Both the position numbers and the translations under genes were made by a program. The notes under the pieces are model-generated. The model had not been told where the DNA came from. It saw only the letters and a list, made by a program, of their open reading frames with translations, and searched no databases. A stretch of 20,000 nt of DNA from an uncultured virus (IMG/VR IMGVR_UViG_3300042893_000829). Its lineage: Duplodnaviria; Heunggongvirae; Uroviricota; Caudoviricetes. Below, piece after piece: positions 17,139 through 20,000 of this stretch (position 1 is the stretch's first letter; each line of letters opens with the position of its first letter). The stretch lies in the IMG/VR virus record IMGVR_UViG_3300042893_000829. One strand, given 5' to 3'.

Positions 17139-17924
17139 TTAATGTTTGGTGTAACCTAAATTTTCAATCATTAACTTACCAACCTTAATTCCGTTATAGG
17201 TATCCTCAACAACAACATACTCATTTCTTGTATGATAGTTGTAATATCCAATGGAGATATTAAAACAAGACAGACCAAAGTTTTTATTTAGTGGGTATAT
17301 GTCAGTATATGGGTGCCTATGATATTTTGTATCTCCAGGAAAATGTTCCGTTATCAAACTACCCCCAACGTTAAAGAATTCACTATCTCTATTAAACATT
17401 GGTCTGTTCATTAGAAATTCTGAAATCATATTGTTTTCTGGAGCGTCGAATTGAATTACGTACCCGACATTAGTGAAGAATTCAGGATCCGCATTAAACG
17501 AACCTTTACATCCTGTTTCCTCAGCAACAAAAAATGCCGCTTTAAGGTTCGGTAATTCATTTAAAAGTTCCAAACAACCATACACACCACACTTATCATC
17601 ACCGCCAATACCGGTTGGTTCGCCATCATTATTGTAAGCCTTTAAAGAAAGTTTAATTTCTTTCTGGGCATTAGGTAATTGTTCTTCAACAACATTGATT
17701 GAATCAATTGTATGTACGGTATCCGTATGTGCAACCACACAAGGAAAATAATCAATATTCTCATCAGTTTGTTTTGTGGCGTAGATATTGTAAAATTGGT
17801 CAACGTAGAAGGGGATTTTATTTTCCTCCAACCAAGTTGTTATAAAATCAATCATCAAATCTTCTTGATAAGTTTTTGTGGGAACAGATAAAACCTGTTT
17901 TAATAACTCAAAATTTCTTTCCAT
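17139..17924 (-). CDS. Zn-dependent peptidase, M20/M28/M42-like (clan MH)
   Basis: Metal-ligand motifs AHTDTV, GGDDKCG, AEETG, FD, YHT. Confidence 0.87.
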   Translation of the reverse strand: MERNFELLKQVLSVPTKTYQEDLMIDFITTWLEENKIPFYVDQFYNIYATKQTDENIDYFPCVVAHTDTVHTIDSINVVEEQLPNAQKEIKLSLKAYNNDGEPTGIGGDDKCGVYGCLELLNELPNLKAAFFVAEETGCKGSFNADPEFFTNVGYVIQFDAPENNMISEFLMNRPMFNRDSEFFNVGGSLITEHFPGDTKYHRHPYTDIYPLNKNFGLSCFNISIGYYNYHTRNEYVVVEDTYNGIKVGKLMIENLGYTKH

Positions 17925-17928
17925 ACCA

Positions 17929-17936
17929 CAAATATA
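17929..17936 (-). promoter_or_regulatory. Bacteroidota -7 element TATATTTG, implying a leaderless peptidase mRNA
   Basis: Exact TAnnTTTG match ending 4 nt before ATG 17924; no clear -33 element. Confidence 0.5.
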
Positions 17937-17951
17937 TAAAACTTATTTGAA

Positions 17952-19040
17952 TTAAAAAAATCTTTCTATTATTATTCTACTTTCTTTAAACAATTCTGGA
18001 TGGTAAAGGAATAAGTTTAACCCTTCAAAATCAACGGATCTGTCTTTTGTTATTGATCTAAGGGAACCATCATAATCCGGGTGACTAGTATCATATTGAA
18101 CAACTAAACGAACTTTATTTGTCATTGGATCAATACCTTTAATTACATATTTTATTGTTTTATCTTTTGGTAAAGTTAATACATTTTTAAATCCACCAAG
18201 TTCAATAATCTTATTTAATAAATTTTTATACTCTTCAATATCAACATACTTATCAGAATCTTCAATTTCATCACTTATTTTATCTAATATGTTAGACACA
18301 TCCCTTTGAAATCCCTCACTATCAAAGTCGTTACAATACGTGTTATATTCCAACTCATACCAACCACCGATATTAGTTTTTGTGTATCTACTAATTAATA
18401 AGGTTAAAAGTTCCTTTAGGTCGTATGTGGGACACTTTAATTGTTTATACCAATGATATATAATCCCAACATTTGTTTCATATCTACGTCCATTATATAT
18501 TTCTTTTATTCCAAATCTAACATATGGATTTTTTGTTTCACTATTAATTTCTTCTTTTACTGCCCTTTCTATACAGTCACGATCTCTATAACCATATTCA
18601 TAAATTATTTCATCACTTTCACTTGGGAATGACTGAGTTAAAAATTGCGCTATTTTATCCTTATCTCCACCAATTAATGAAGGATTTAAAAACCTTAAAA
18701 TATTATTAAGTTTTAGGGTGTTAGATTCATCAAAATTATCCAATAAATAACCTTCTCTAAAATCCTCTTCGTATCTATAATAATCTATGTCAGAACCATA
18801 ACTATCATAATTAAATCTTCTATATGTGTATATATCATCATCATCATCAACACCCAGAGTGTATAAAAAATCCTCCTCATCTGGAAATTCAATAATAATA
18901 GTACTTGCTTTTTTATTATCCTTGTCTTGACTAATATAATCCACCAGTTTGTCATCAGTATATATGGTTCTATTCCAGGACACATCTTCTCCTTTAACTA
19001 ATTCGTCTAGCAATTCATATAACTCACTATTTTTCTCCAT
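17952..19040 (-). CDS. Hypothetical protein (362 aa, Asp/Glu/Tyr-rich)
   Basis: Long intact ORF with TATTTAT at 19046-19052; no recognised motif. Confidence 0.75.
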   Translation of the reverse strand: MEKNSELYELLDELVKGEDVSWNRTIYTDDKLVDYISQDKDNKKASTIIIEFPDEEDFLYTLGVDDDDDIYTYRRFNYDSYGSDIDYYRYEEDFREGYLLDNFDESNTLKLNNILRFLNPSLIGGDKDKIAQFLTQSFPSESDEIIYEYGYRDRDCIERAVKEEINSETKNPYVRFGIKEIYNGRRYETNVGIIYHWYKQLKCPTYDLKELLTLLISRYTKTNIGGWYELEYNTYCNDFDSEGFQRDVSNILDKISDEIEDSDKYVDIEEYKNLLNKIIELGGFKNVLTLPKDKTIKYVIKGIDPMTNKVRLVVQYDTSHPDYDGSLRSITKDRSVDFEGLNLFLYHPELFKESRIIIERFF

Positions 19041-19061
19041 ATAAAATAAATATCAAAAAAT

Positions 19062-19100
19062 TTTGATTATTGTAATTTTACATTTATATTTGTATTTATA
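19062..19100 (+). promoter_or_regulatory. Tandem promoter signals for tmRNA: TTTG-N19-TATATTTG followed by TATTTATA
   Basis: TTTG 19062-19065, TATATTTG 19085-19092 (Bacteroidota -33/-7 consensus), TATTTATA 19093-19100. Confidence 0.65.
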
Positions 19101-19123
19101 ATATAACAAGTTATTTGACATAT

Positions 19124-19523
19124 GGGGGTGTTTTTGGATTTGACAGGTATTGGCTGAAGACAAAGGGCACGTGGAGACTGAATTAATCTCCTTAAAAACT
19201 GATTCACAAAAACAATCGGCGACGTTTTATCGAAAATGGAAACTCTTGGTTTACTAAGAGGTTCTGAAGTTACTGTAGCCTAATAGGTTTACGGAAACGG
19301 GGGGTCGGTCAGACAGATAACCTAGCAACAGAAGTCGTTGATGAGTTTGTTTTCACTCTAAAAGAAGACAAAACGGGCGTGGTTCCCCGTAAGAACTACC
19401 ACCGTCGCTGAGTGGTGTGAGAACTCAGATATTTCGGAAGGTATAACAAACCTTGACCTAAACGTGTAGTCCTTCTCTGACAGGATATTATGGACCGGAG
19501 TTCGAGCCTCCGCACCTCCACCA
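19124..19523 (+). ncRNA. ssrA: tmRNA (one-piece, 400 nt); tag (A)GDVLSKMETLGLLRGSEVTVA**
   Basis: 5' GGGGGUG pairs with 3' CACCUCC-ACCA including G3:U70; GGAUUUGAC D-loop-like segment; T-arm CGGAG-UUCGAGC-CUCCG; PK1 (GGAGA/UCUCC with UGAAU/AUUCA); tag frame 19218-19286 with stops in a hairpin loop. Confidence 0.95.
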
Positions 19524-19528
19524 AATGT

Positions 19529-19556
19529 AAACCTCATCTTCGGATGGGGTTTTTTT
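19529..19556 (+). terminator. Intrinsic terminator after tmRNA
   Basis: AAACCUCAUC-UUCG-GAUGGGGUUU followed by a U tract. Confidence 0.88.
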
Positions 19557-19607
19557 ATGCGCCATAATTATATTTTAGTGTTGTGCGAATATTATATTTT
19601 AAAGCAC

Positions 19608-19632
19608 AAAAAAACCCACCAAAAGGTAGGTT
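19608..19632 (-). terminator. Intrinsic terminator after the lipoprotein gene
   Basis: Minus-strand AACCUACC-UUUU-GGUGGGUU plus U tract. Confidence 0.7.
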
Positions 19633-19653
19633 CCGTTTTAAAATAATATAAAA

Positions 19654-19827
19654 TTATTTTTTTGTTGTGTCAGAAACAACTTCACTTGTTGTTAAAGTAG
19701 AATCTGATACGTTTGTTACTTCCTCAGTCGAAACTTCAGTTGTTGCTCCATTTCCGTTTTCACCACAAGCCGTCATAAGAGTGATTGTCGTAAAAATAGC
19801 GATAGAAAAGAAAATTAATTTTTGCAT
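19654..19827 (-). CDS. Small lipoprotein (57 aa; below ORF-track cutoff)
   Basis: MQKLIFFSIAIFTTITLMTA-CGENGNGATTEVSTEEVTNVSDSTLTTSEVVSDTTKK: basic N-terminus, hydrophobic stretch, lipobox-like MTA-C at Cys21; followed by a terminator. Confidence 0.8.
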   Translation of the reverse strand: MQKLIFFSIAIFTTITLMTACGENGNGATTEVSTEEVTNVSDSTLTTSEVVSDTTKK

Positions 19828-19865
19828 GCTTTCAATTTAATTTAAAGTTTATGTTAAAAATAAAA

Positions 19866-20000
19866 ACCTGAGATTACAGTTTTTTTTAAGTGTCTTTCGA
19901 GTCATTATTGGTTCTACTCTTATCCACAGGATTTTGTCCCGTAACACTCATTACCGATTGGTTAGACCAATCACCCCTTGACGATACAACTACTCTCTTA
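19866..20000 (-). ncRNA. Probable 3' end of a large structured ncRNA (possibly GOLLD/ROOL-class), truncated by window edge
   Basis: Nested minus-strand helices: 19956-19972 hairpin, 19926-19942 hairpin, 19943-19950 with 19887-19894, and 19988-19997 with 19870-19881. G:U pairs work on the minus strand; GC is above the intergenic background. Confidence 0.5.

Noticed and set aside
19494..19523. Stand-alone tRNA at the TTCGA...CCA motif
   Set aside because: It is the 3' half of the tmRNA tRNA-like domain, pairing with 19124-19130.
19557..19607. Short direct repeat ATTATATTTTA between the two terminators
   Set aside because: Two AT-only copies in AT-rich spacer; no support for function.
1..20000. 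Stop-codon reassignment, inteins or introns in core genes
   Set aside because: All recognised genes are full length and contiguous under the standard bacterial code, with no large unexplained insertions or splicing motifs.

Overview
AT-rich segment of a large T4-like (jumbo/'huge') dsDNA phage genome. A Bacteroidota (Flavobacteriia-like) host is inferred from the promoter shapes, a bS21, a DUF4494-like gene and a lipoprotein. The minus strand carries a head-assembly/packaging module: several acidic or Pro-rich hypothetical proteins, large terminase, portal, prohead protease, scaffold-like protein and the 5' part of the major capsid protein. A ribosomal protein bS21 gene is inserted in the opposite orientation. 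The right part holds a Pol-beta-type nucleotidyltransferase, a KTSC protein, an N-domain-less ClpC-type ATPase, an OmpA-like protein, a Zn peptidase, a complete tmRNA with an unusual 21-residue tag, a small lipoprotein missed by the ORF track, and what looks like the 3' end of a large structured ncRNA. Two upstream motif classes partition the genes: TATTTAT(A) on the coding strand (the reverse complement of the T4 late promoter) and TTGA-N19-TAnnYTTA (Bacteroidota sigma-A-like). All family assignments come from motif recognition by eye; no database search was run.
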